This document shows positions 8,367-16,182 of a DNA stretch of 19,495 nt, one piece after another; the first letter of the stretch is position 1, and each line of letters starts with the position of its first letter. A model generated the notes under the pieces. It saw only the letters and a list, made by a program, of their open reading frames with translations. It ran no database searches and was not told the origin of the DNA. The position numbers and the translations under genes are program-made. The stretch is from a bacterium. GTDB taxonomy: Bacteria; Electryoneota; Electryoneia; Electryoneales; Electryoneaceae. Location: assembly GCA_043801585.1 (NCBI GenBank), contig JAZDLX010000039.1:1-19495 (forward strand). Direction: 5' to 3'.

Positions 8367-8395
8367 ACAGTACCTGTCGCAACATTTCCGGTCAA
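8367..8395 (-). promoter_or_regulatory. Candidate sigma70 promoter for the acyltransferase-rfaE1 unit
   Basis: TTGACC-N17-TACTGT on the minus strand, embedded in the inverted repeat GTACCTGTC (8370-8378) / GACAGGTAC (8399-8407). Confidence 0.45.
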
Positions 8396-8532
8396 CCGGA
8401 CAGGTACGATGACTCTCCCTCATGCACCGTCGGGCGTATCCTGTATGTACCTTTCACAAAGCTGTTGTTATCGAATGGTCCACTCGGACCGGAGACACAT
8501 GGAGCCGGATTGTAATTCCTTTTGAGGGGTCC

Positions 8533-9771
8533 ATGCGTCGTTCCAACATGCGAACCGTCATCCTGACGGTCGTTTTTTTCTCCGTTTGTGTTCTACCCTG
8601 CAGCCTGTTCGCGGGTACTCCTGGATCATCGAGTTCGACCGAAGGACAGGTACGGTACATTCTGCTCCATTATAACAACACCTCCGGTGAGCTGGGAGTG
8701 TCGACATTCGATGGAAAATCCGATACACCTTCGGTGTCGCTCTGGGAACTGCTCGACGGATCACGCTACTCGATCAACTACCTCCACTATGACAATGACG
8801 GTAACATGATCCTGAAAGAACGTTTCTTCTCGGAGGGTCGTGTCTCGAAGAACATCTACCAGTATGATGAAATGAACAGGCTTGTTGCGGAACAGTTTGA
8901 GCGGTCGGATGGTGTGACAGGAAACTCAACATATAGCTATGAGAACGGCCTTCTCGTCAGAGCGGATCACCGGGGACATAACGGATGGTTCCGAGGCATC
9001 CTCGAATTCCGTTATAACGATTTAGGACAAAAGAGTGTGGCAACGATCTTCAGTGATAGTGACAGCATCGGTGCGATTTCCTACACTTACGATGACCTTG
9101 GAAATCAAGTTGGTGAGATCTGGAATTTCGATCAAGGCTGGCAGCAGACGTTCGAACGTGAATACGCTCCGGTTCCCAAGACTCTGGTTTCCTTCACCTC
9201 AGCCAATCCCTTCATTCGCAACCTGACGGGAGTTCGTGTCGCCGAGGAGGATTATGACTTTTCCGGGAAGCTCGGTGGACCTTCCTACTACGAATATGAC
9301 GGCGACAGCAACCGGTTGGTGCGTAAGCGCTTTGTCCGCTCGGACAGTCTCGAGACGGTGACAACCTACATCTATCATCCTGACGGCAGGCTGCTGCGCT
9401 CCTACCGTTCCTATGCCGACGGACGTACCGGATTCTTCCGTTACGAGTACAATCCGGAGGGTTTCCTCGTACGCAAACAGTATTTCATGAATACCCGGGA
9501 AACGGGATCGGAGACGTATTCCTACGACGATCATGGACGTCTGGTGACCGCGGAATATGTGAACATGGATTCCTGGCTGACGGGGAAACTGATTTTTAAA
9601 CATGACCGCAAGGGCAGGCTGAAACAAGGGCAATTTGCCGGTTCGAACGGTTTGACCGCGGTGATCACCTTCAAGATGGACAAACGGAACAACCCGGTGA
9701 AGATCGTCTGGAAGTTCGTCAACGGGATGTCGCAGATCTACAAGTTCACGTACGAGACAGCGTCGGATTGA
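8533..9771 (+). CDS. Secreted YD/RHS-repeat-like beta-hairpin protein, function unknown
   Basis: GAGGGG RBS before ATG 8533 (ATG 8548 is an alternative). Sec signal peptide MRTVILTVVFFSVCVLPCSLFA. Recurrent Y-x-Y-D-x-x-G/N-R-L-V units (YQYDEMNRLV, YTYDDLGNQV, YSYDDHGRLV, YEYNPEGFLV). No RHS-core DPxG cleavage motif or toxin tail seen. Confidence 0.8.
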   Translation: MRRSNMRTVILTVVFFSVCVLPCSLFAGTPGSSSSTEGQVRYILLHYNNTSGELGVSTFDGKSDTPSVSLWELLDGSRYSINYLHYDNDGNMILKERFFSEGRVSKNIYQYDEMNRLVAEQFERSDGVTGNSTYSYENGLLVRADHRGHNGWFRGILEFRYNDLGQKSVATIFSDSDSIGAISYTYDDLGNQVGEIWNFDQGWQQTFEREYAPVPKTLVSFTSANPFIRNLTGVRVAEEDYDFSGKLGGPSYYEYDGDSNRLVRKRFVRSDSLETVTTYIYHPDGRLLRSYRSYADGRTGFFRYEYNPEGFLVRKQYFMNTRETGSETYSYDDHGRLVTAEYVNMDSWLTGKLIFKHDRKGRLKQGQFAGSNGLTAVITFKMDKRNNPVKIVWKFVNGMSQIYKFTYETASD

Positions 9772-9798
9772 GGGCGGAGGGAACGAAAGGGTTTCTTT

Positions 9799-9838
9799 GT
9801 CATTGCGAGGACGCCGCAGGCGGACGAAGCAATCTCGC
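9799..9838 (+). repeat. GTCA-tagged REP-like palindrome
   Basis: GTCATTGCGAGG-ACGCCGCAGGCG-GACGAAGCAATCTCGC. The outer parts are identical to the copy at 10171-10217. Confidence 0.8.
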
Positions 9839-9856
9839 TGTTCAGCGGAAGTGAAA

Positions 9857-9879
9857 CCCGACTTGACGAGCAAGTCGGG
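9857..9879. repeat. Perfect 9-bp inverted repeat
   Basis: CCCGACTTG-acgag-CAAGTCGGG. Confidence 0.6.
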
Positions 9880-9910
9880 CCACCCGGCCGAAGGAACGCA
9901 TAAGCCAATA

Positions 9911-9958
9911 GTGACAGTTTCCTTTGAAGTCTGTTTTTCAAAGGAAACTGCCACTTTT
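9911..9958 (+). terminator. Long hairpin followed by T4; candidate terminator or REP-like element
   Basis: GTGACAGTTTCCTTTGAA-gtctgttt-TTCAAAGGAAACTGCCAC-TTTT has 18-bp arms with one mismatch. It lies downstream of the YD-like gene. Confidence 0.5.
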
Positions 9959-10025
9959 GAGCACCCGGGGCACGCTTGCAGTGTCACCACCGGTGCGCCG
10001 TCAGGCGTGCGTGGTGATCTCCAAA

Positions 10026-10078
10026 TGTAATTGGGAAAAGTCCCCAGACGCCTTAATTAGGGACTGTCCCTAATTACA
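10026..10078. repeat. Paired GGGAC(A/T)GTCCC-type palindromes
   Basis: Perfect 23-bp palindrome TAATTAGGGAC-T-GTCCCTAATTA (10054-10076), preceded by a degenerate copy TGTAATTGGGAAAAGTCCCC. Confidence 0.7.
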
Positions 10079-10170
10079 CTTAGTTGCATACTCTCCCATT
10101 GTTGCTGTGCCACCGGATGAAAACAAATAAACCCTGTCGGACGAGTCAAAAGGGCCAATAGCCCTCAATT

Positions 10171-10262
10171 GTCATTGCGAGGAATCCGTCAGCCGACGGA
10201 TGACGAAGCAATCTCGCGTTTTCGCCAATAAAACAGAGATCCTTCGCTTCGCTCAGGCTGAC
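10171..10262. repeat. Inverted dimer of GTCA-tagged REP-like elements (REPIN-like)
   Basis: Plus-strand GTCATTGCGAGG..GACGAAGCAATCTC (10171-10215) faces minus-strand GTCAGCCTGAGCGAAGCGAAGGATCTC (10262-10236) across a 20-bp spacer. Confidence 0.75.
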
Positions 10263-10265
10263 TAC

Positions 10266-10334
10266 AGGGACGGCGTCATGGTGGTAAAAGGGACGGCGTC
10301 AGGGTGACAAAGGGGATAGCGTCAGGAAGACGCA
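10266..10334 (+). repeat. Three degenerate 23-bp tandem repeats
   Basis: AGGGACGGCGTCA at 10266 and 10289 and GGGGATAGCGTCA at 10312; period 23. Confidence 0.7.
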
Positions 10335-10340
10335 TTAACA

Positions 10341-10363
10341 GGGACAGTTTTTCAAACTGTCCC
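10341..10363. repeat. Perfect 10-bp inverted repeat
   Basis: GGGACAGTTT-ttc-AAACTGTCCC. The arms resemble those of the 9911 hairpin (GTGACAGTTT..AAACTGCCAC). Confidence 0.65.
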
Positions 10364-10488
10364 GGATCGTTTCAGGGGAAAAAGTGTCAGGAACTTATAT
10401 GCCAAAAGCGAAGGTACCAGCCACCATTTTCAGCGCCGCACCCGGTTAAAACGAAATTATTTCACCGGCGCTTTCAGGGCATGGATTG

Positions 10489-12720
10489 TCACTTCTCGGT
10501 GAGCTCGAAGATCTTGTCCCATTTCTCGGGTGGTGGGTTGACCAGGAATTCCTCGCATCGCTTGAGGTAGGTCTGGCAGGGGCCGTCGTCCGGGTCAATG
10601 TTCAGGGCGTCGACGAAAATCTGTTTTCCCTCGGCAAAGCGCCTGTCACGGAAAGCTTCCAGCCCCTCGTTGTACATCGGCAGGATTTTCGCCTTGCGCT
10701 CGGAAAGGTCTTCCGGTTTTTCTGCGAGCAGCTCATGGACACGGACGCCCTCGGCCTTTCCCTTCACCCGGATGTCATCGAGCATTCGGGTGACAAACGG
10801 CAGATCCTTGATATCATCGTGGGTTTCCGGTCCGATCATGATCGTGGACTTGTAGGATTTATTGGCGCCCTCGAGGCGGCTGGCGAGGTTGACCGCGTCG
10901 CCCATCACGGTATAGTCGAAAACCTCCAGGCAGCCCATGTTGCCGACGAGCATGTAGCCGGTGTTGATCCCGACGCGGCTGCGAAGCGGCGGCATTCCGC
11001 GTTTCGCCCAATCCAGGCGAAGATCAGCCAGCTTTGCCTGCATCCGCAGTGCGGATCGGCATGCATGCGCCGCGTGGTCTTCGAAAAACACCGGAGCGCC
11101 CCACTCGGCCATGATCAGGTCGCCTTCGTACTTGTCGATGATTCCCTCGTTTTCGAGAACGATCAGCGACATTGCGGAAAGGTATTCGTTGAGCAGGGTG
11201 ACGATGTCTTCAGGCGACATTTTCTCGGACATGCTGGTGAAACCGGCAACGTCCGTAAATAGCACGGACATCCGCCGGCGTTCTCCGCCAAGCGCGAGCA
11301 TATCGGGATTGTTGATCAATTCGGCAACGACTTTCTTCGGCACATACTGGCTGAACATCCCCCGGATCATCGCTTTTTCTTTCTGCTCCATCACCACTTG
11401 GTAAACCGTCGTGGCGACATAGGAGGTGACGAGTCCTGAAAGTGGACTGACAGTCGCTAACCAGACATTCTGGTCAATGAACACCCAGGCGCTGGCGATG
11501 GAGTAGAGTATCGCGAGAAGAACGGTCAACCCGGATCCAACGAGCATTCGGGTCGAGTTGTTCAGTGCAAAGACACCGAACATTACGATGAAAACGATGA
11601 TGAATTCGACGAGGGGAGAAACGTTGCGGATAAAATTCCGGTCGAGGATTGTCTTGAGTGCATTGGCATGGCATTCCACACCCGGCATCATCCGGTGTTC
11701 CATCTGCCCGTCCGGGTTGAGGAACGTATAGAAGGGGGTCAGTTTCAGGTCTTGCAATTCCGCGGCCGAGGCTCCAACGAAAACGACCTTATTCTTGAAT
11801 GGATTTGCGTCACGAATCTCCTTGAATGTCCTCACAGCTTCTTCCGGCAGGAACGAGGTCAACATGTTGAACTGATCGTCCGGCATCAGAAACCATTTCA
11901 TGAAATCCGTATCATCTTTCCTAAGATCGAACTCCTCATCATCCATGACATCCGATAAACTGTAGGTCGGGAAGGTTGACGCCGGTCCGCAATAGTTGAT
12001 CAGGATCGTGCCGATTTTGCCTGAAATCTGGAGAGGAAGTTCATACGGCCCGTATTCGATGTGATCCTCGTGCCGCACGAAGGGGATGTCCGACCCAAGA
12101 TTGGCCAGCAGTTGTGCGCTTTTCATGGCAAGCGAGAGGTAATTGCGATCCGCGTGTTCCATGTAAAGTGGATATTGCCGCACGAATCCGTCGCGATCGT
12201 CAAGCTGGTTGACAATGCCCACGGATGCGCCCGCCGCCTGAATGGTATCCACCGGCACGAGGGCATCCGAGAGTACGATATCCAGCCTCTTGTCCTTGTT
12301 GAAGAAGATCTTGCCCGCGTGGATAATCCTGTCCGCATACTCCGCAGTCGCCTGAGCGAGAATCACGTCGTCTTCCGGATCCTCGCTCGGTTCCGTGAAC
12401 TGGATGTCGAAGACAACCAGGCGAGCGCCGGCTGCGAACAGGTTGCGGATCAGGTGGGCGTAGTAACGGCGGGGGAACGGCCACCGGGTGGGCATCGTCG
12501 AGAATGTTTCATCATCGACGGCGACAATCACGATGTCGCTCTTATCCATGGGGTGGGGGCCCCGCAAAAGAAAACGGGCGTCGTAGGTCTTCAGTTCCAA
12601 CGTGTAAAGAAGACCGGTACGCCCGGAAAGGTAAATCAGCGCCGCAAGCACAAGAGTGACTGTGCTACCCAGCAACCAGTTCACTCGTATGCGTTTGGTT
12701 CCCTCCCCCTTCTTCGTCAT
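10489..12720 (-). CDS. CHASE2-domain membrane adenylate cyclase (class III nucleotidyl cyclase)
   Basis: N-terminal TM, then CHASE2 motifs (LELKTYD.RF..RG, IVIVAVDDET, RWPFPR..YA.LI, VVFDIQF.EP, D.DGFVR, GVECHA), three TM helices, and a cyclase domain with FTDVAGFT, DKYEGD, GINTG, DYTVMGDAVNLASRLEG. Helical C-terminal tail. Confidence 0.96.
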   Translation of the reverse strand: MTKKGEGTKRIRVNWLLGSTVTLVLAALIYLSGRTGLLYTLELKTYDARFLLRGPHPMDKSDIVIVAVDDETFSTMPTRWPFPRRYYAHLIRNLFAAGARLVVFDIQFTEPSEDPEDDVILAQATAEYADRIIHAGKIFFNKDKRLDIVLSDALVPVDTIQAAGASVGIVNQLDDRDGFVRQYPLYMEHADRNYLSLAMKSAQLLANLGSDIPFVRHEDHIEYGPYELPLQISGKIGTILINYCGPASTFPTYSLSDVMDDEEFDLRKDDTDFMKWFLMPDDQFNMLTSFLPEEAVRTFKEIRDANPFKNKVVFVGASAAELQDLKLTPFYTFLNPDGQMEHRMMPGVECHANALKTILDRNFIRNVSPLVEFIIVFIVMFGVFALNNSTRMLVGSGLTVLLAILYSIASAWVFIDQNVWLATVSPLSGLVTSYVATTVYQVVMEQKEKAMIRGMFSQYVPKKVVAELINNPDMLALGGERRRMSVLFTDVAGFTSMSEKMSPEDIVTLLNEYLSAMSLIVLENEGIIDKYEGDLIMAEWGAPVFFEDHAAHACRSALRMQAKLADLRLDWAKRGMPPLRSRVGINTGYMLVGNMGCLEVFDYTVMGDAVNLASRLEGANKSYKSTIMIGPETHDDIKDLPFVTRMLDDIRVKGKAEGVRVHELLAEKPEDLSERKAKILPMYNEGLEAFRDRRFAEGKQIFVDALNIDPDDGPCQTYLKRCEEFLVNPPPEKWDKIFELTEK

Positions 12721-12735
12721 CTCGACCCGTCGCGG

Positions 12736-15327
12736 TTAGAATCGTATCTGGTACTGGATGGAGGCGATGACGTCGTTACGGTCCAGAGGCGTCGGTTGCG
12801 TCAAGGTGTAACCGCCGTTCTCGATGATAGTACGGTTTACATCAAACGAGTCACCGTTCCAGTACTCGAATTTGCTGTTCTCAAGATACGACGAGATGCT
12901 GAACATTCCCTCAATGGTCTGGTTGCGGAAGATTTCCCAACGGAACCCTCCGAGCCAGTCGATTCGTCTGAAGTCGACAATCATGTTCCGGATGTTCAAC
13001 GCTCTCGACGAATCAACAGCCATCTGGAAAGTTTCGGGAGTCGAATAGTCGTCCGGGTTTAACGTTTCGGCCGGATCGATATAGAGCATTGCATTGTTGC
13101 CCTTACCAAGGGTGAAGCGTGGTCCGAAGAAAGGAACCAGTTTGCGGTTGAACAGCAGAATATCCACACGCGCGCTCAACATCTGGTAGGTAAGGTCTGT
13201 CAGGTTTGCGACAGCATTTGTTTTCTGAGAGCTGTAGGATACGGATGAGATGAACGGCGCTTCGAAACGCGAGCGCAACGACGCGTTCATCATCTGTGAC
13301 TCTCCGACATCATAAGTATTAAAAACATTGGTGCGCTTGCTGTTCTGGACGATGAGGGACAGGTTGTTATCGGCGAATCCCATCCCAAACGCCTGAGTGA
13401 TGCTGAACGTCCAGTTGCCAGTACGATTTTCCTGGCGTGTATCATTGATCGTGGTGTCGCCGGGAGAGGGCTCATATACGTTCAACGTACCGTCGTTGGT
13501 GTTGTAATAGTCGCTATAGGAAAACGCCAAAGTCGGAAGACTGGGTGACGGATAGATGTTGATACCCGCAGACAGCAGATCGTACTGGTTGCGGACGTCA
13601 CCCTTGCCGGTGACGTTGTCGAAGAAGTGGTCATACCCTGCATTCAGATAAAGAGCGCTTTTGAACAGGCGAATCCGATCGCGGACGAAATAGCCCTGCC
13701 TGTCGGTGGTCAATGACGGGACGCCGAGGGTTTTATAGCTTCGGTTAATTTTCCTGTAGCCCACCTGGATGTCATTGTGGAGGTAGCGCATCCGGAGACG
13801 GGCCTTGTACGATCCGGACTGGTTCAGGATGGATTTGCCAACCTCCATAAAATCCAGTTTTCCACCGGAGGAGTCCGGCAATCCGGAGTTGGGGAGGGGG
13901 TCGAGGTAGCTGTTGATCACGATGATGTCCGCAAAATCCTTCGCATCGTCAAATGGCGCTGTCCGGTAATCGTTGCTGGTGATCGACAACGCCGCCTCGG
14001 CTGATAATGCAAAACGACGGTGGTCGAAAAAGGCGCTCATGGAGGCACCTGTAACCACGTTGTCGAGAGCAGCGTCACCATACAGGATCGAGGTGGTGTC
14101 GTCTTTAACCTTCATCGCCATGATGCCAAGCGAGAATTTGTCCTTGTTGCCAAACCGGAGACGAGCCGCCGTCAGCCACCGTCTGTAGGTGCCTGCATAG
14201 AGTGCTGTATCCAGTACAGTCGATTGGGTTGTCGAATCAATCGAACTGTTGATGATTTCCCTGCCGTCGATTCCTCGCTTGGTATATCCATAAAGGACAC
14301 TCAAACCGAAGGGACGGGAATCAAGGGCAAATTCTAAACCGCGTACACGCTTTCCCCAGAGAACGAGTTCGTTGTACCTGGGCTTGATGTCTCCACCACG
14401 GATTCGCAACCCTTTAGTGCCGGCGTCTACGGAATACCTGTGCTGAGGTTGCAGGCTGCCCTGTTCCTCACTGGTCAGCATGGTGTTGGCGATGATATTG
14501 AAACCACCAATCTCATAATTCATGTTGATCGTCTGGCGATCGATCCGTTGCTCGAAGGCGTTGACTTTCTGTGTACGCGCTTCGTTGGTGAAATTACCCG
14601 AGAAATCCTGACGCGGACCTTTGCGTGTTCCCGCTAATGTATGCGTGAATGCAAAGTTGCCCAGGTTCTCGGTTCCCTTGTCACCCAGGTAATTGATGTC
14701 CACTCGCACACGTCCAGCTTTGATTCCTGGAACGACGCCGATCAGAATTTCTTCACTGATCTTGACGTTGCTTGTTCTATTCTTTCCATTGATCACCAGG
14801 CGGACTTTCTGCGGATCGATCAGCCGGACGCTCTGGTTGAAAGCGACCGCGATCAAGACATCTCCCTCCACGTTACTGAAGGGTTCCGGACTGATCAACA
14901 CGATGGGAGATCCGCCCGCTCCGGATTCTGCGGTACGAACGCTGACCCGGACAGGACTCTGCTGAGCATCTGCAGCCGGGTACGTAAGAGAACTGCCGTC
15001 CGAAAAGCTGAATTCAACGTAATAGTCAAAACCTGTGGCAGGAATATCGGAGGGTTGAATCGTTCCACTCCAACCGTTGCCGCTTCGAACCATATCGTCG
15101 AAGTCATAGACATCGTCGTTGCGCCCTTTGTGCCAGATCTGTGCAGATTCCACCTCTCCACGATCCTGGGCGTTCTCCAGATACGCCTCTATCGCAAGCG
15201 GCTGGCCAACATTCACGAAGGAAATGGGGGTATGCACGACTCTCGCAATGTCCGTCTGAGCGAACAGTGGTATCGCCGTTACTACGCTCAGGAACAAAGA
15301 ACCCACAAGTCGAATGGGAACTCGCAT
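12736..15327 (-). CDS. Large exported protein: N-terminal Ig-like domains plus predicted outer-membrane beta-barrel
   Basis: AAGGAG RBS before ATG 15327; signal peptide ending PLFA-Q. N-terminal roughly 230 aa are beta-sandwich-like (HTP..., DYYVEF). The remainder is rich in amphipathic beta-strands and ends ASIQYQIRF, with alternating hydrophobic residues and a terminal Phe (BAM-type signal). Confidence 0.8.
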   Translation of the reverse strand: MRVPIRLVGSLFLSVVTAIPLFAQTDIARVVHTPISFVNVGQPLAIEAYLENAQDRGEVESAQIWHKGRNDDVYDFDDMVRSGNGWSGTIQPSDIPATGFDYYVEFSFSDGSSLTYPAADAQQSPVRVSVRTAESGAGGSPIVLISPEPFSNVEGDVLIAVAFNQSVRLIDPQKVRLVINGKNRTSNVKISEEILIGVVPGIKAGRVRVDINYLGDKGTENLGNFAFTHTLAGTRKGPRQDFSGNFTNEARTQKVNAFEQRIDRQTINMNYEIGGFNIIANTMLTSEEQGSLQPQHRYSVDAGTKGLRIRGGDIKPRYNELVLWGKRVRGLEFALDSRPFGLSVLYGYTKRGIDGREIINSSIDSTTQSTVLDTALYAGTYRRWLTAARLRFGNKDKFSLGIMAMKVKDDTTSILYGDAALDNVVTGASMSAFFDHRRFALSAEAALSITSNDYRTAPFDDAKDFADIIVINSYLDPLPNSGLPDSSGGKLDFMEVGKSILNQSGSYKARLRMRYLHNDIQVGYRKINRSYKTLGVPSLTTDRQGYFVRDRIRLFKSALYLNAGYDHFFDNVTGKGDVRNQYDLLSAGINIYPSPSLPTLAFSYSDYYNTNDGTLNVYEPSPGDTTINDTRQENRTGNWTFSITQAFGMGFADNNLSLIVQNSKRTNVFNTYDVGESQMMNASLRSRFEAPFISSVSYSSQKTNAVANLTDLTYQMLSARVDILLFNRKLVPFFGPRFTLGKGNNAMLYIDPAETLNPDDYSTPETFQMAVDSSRALNIRNMIVDFRRIDWLGGFRWEIFRNQTIEGMFSISSYLENSKFEYWNGDSFDVNRTIIENGGYTLTQPTPLDRNDVIASIQYQIRF

Positions 15328-15447
15328 GCGCACTCCTTGTGTGATGCAGGCCCGGGAAAGCAACTGGGTGAACTCGCGTGTGGATGCGTAGTTATCCTGG
15401 GACCGCCGACTGCGTGTTTCAAAGATCTTGTCCAGAGATGACGATTA

Positions 15448-16152
15448 CTACTGGCCCTCTTCGGGCACCTGGATTTCGATCTTCAACGTTTTTTGCGTTC
15501 CATCTTCACCCGTAAAATGGATTTCGATCACACGCGTTGGACCAAGTTCTCCGAGATCCGGAATGTCCTCCGGTGTAATCGTGCCGGTCGTGATCTCTCC
15601 GCCTTCGAGGACAGTTGCGCTGTTGCCTGCTCCCACATTCACCGACTGGCCTGAGAGCAGACTGAGCATTTCAACCACTCCCTGCAGGGTGAGAAGCTGA
15701 GACTGTCCGGTTCCGCTGACGAGCACCCAGAACTGGGTTCCTTTCACGGATGCCACAGAGTTGGGGGTGGCGACTCGCATCGTACCCTTTTGCTGCTGCA
15801 CATCGGCGAAGAGCTGTCCGACATCCATGTTGACCCGTTTCGCCAGAGAAAAATCCGGATCACGGGTTGCGTTCACGGTGATTGTGGTGTTCGGTCGAAT
15901 CTTGATTTGGCTTTTATCGTCCGTGAACACGATGGACGCAAAACCATCTGTACCGGTTCGCAGACGATCGCCATCATCGAGCACGACACCGAATTTCGCC
16001 GCACCCCACGGATTTTGTCCCTGAGCGACTTCCACTTCTCCACGTGTGGAAATCAGCACGGCAATGGATTTAGCGTTCTGCGCCCAAGCGGGCAGGGTCG
16101 CAATCAGCACCAACAGGAAAGCGACCATCCAGGCACGTTTACGTGTCATCAT
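15448..16152 (-). CDS. Stand-alone periplasmic FecR-domain protein
   Basis: Signal peptide ending PAWA-Q. FecR pattern L..GDRLRTG.DG.A.IVF.D...I.I..NT, G.L...V, V.TP..VASVKGT.F.V, G.VE. GAGGAG RBS; double stop. No N-terminal cytoplasmic anti-sigma domain. Confidence 0.9.
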   Translation of the reverse strand: MMTRKRAWMVAFLLVLIATLPAWAQNAKSIAVLISTRGEVEVAQGQNPWGAAKFGVVLDDGDRLRTGTDGFASIVFTDDKSQIKIRPNTTITVNATRDPDFSLAKRVNMDVGQLFADVQQQKGTMRVATPNSVASVKGTQFWVLVSGTGQSQLLTLQGVVEMLSLLSGQSVNVGAGNSATVLEGGEITTGTITPEDIPDLGELGPTRVIEIHFTGEDGTQKTLKIEIQVPEEGQ

Positions 16153-16182
16153 CCTGCTCCTCAGTAGATGGGCGCATCGCGC

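Noticed and set aside
8533..9771. RHS polymorphic toxin
   Set aside because: No RHS core/DPxG motif, no C-terminal toxin domain and no downstream immunity ORF.
9199..10030. ORFs 9199-9990 (-), 9738-9941 (-) and 9797-10030 (+)
   Set aside because: They are antisense to the YD-like gene and/or translations of palindromic repeats, with no coding signal.
10266..10334. Mini-CRISPR interpretation of the 23-bp-period repeats
   Set aside because: A 13-bp core and 10-bp spacers are far too short, and there are no cas genes.
10486..15441. Plus-strand ORFs of 258, 333 and 266 aa and smaller
   Set aside because: Antisense shadows of the cyclase and barrel genes.
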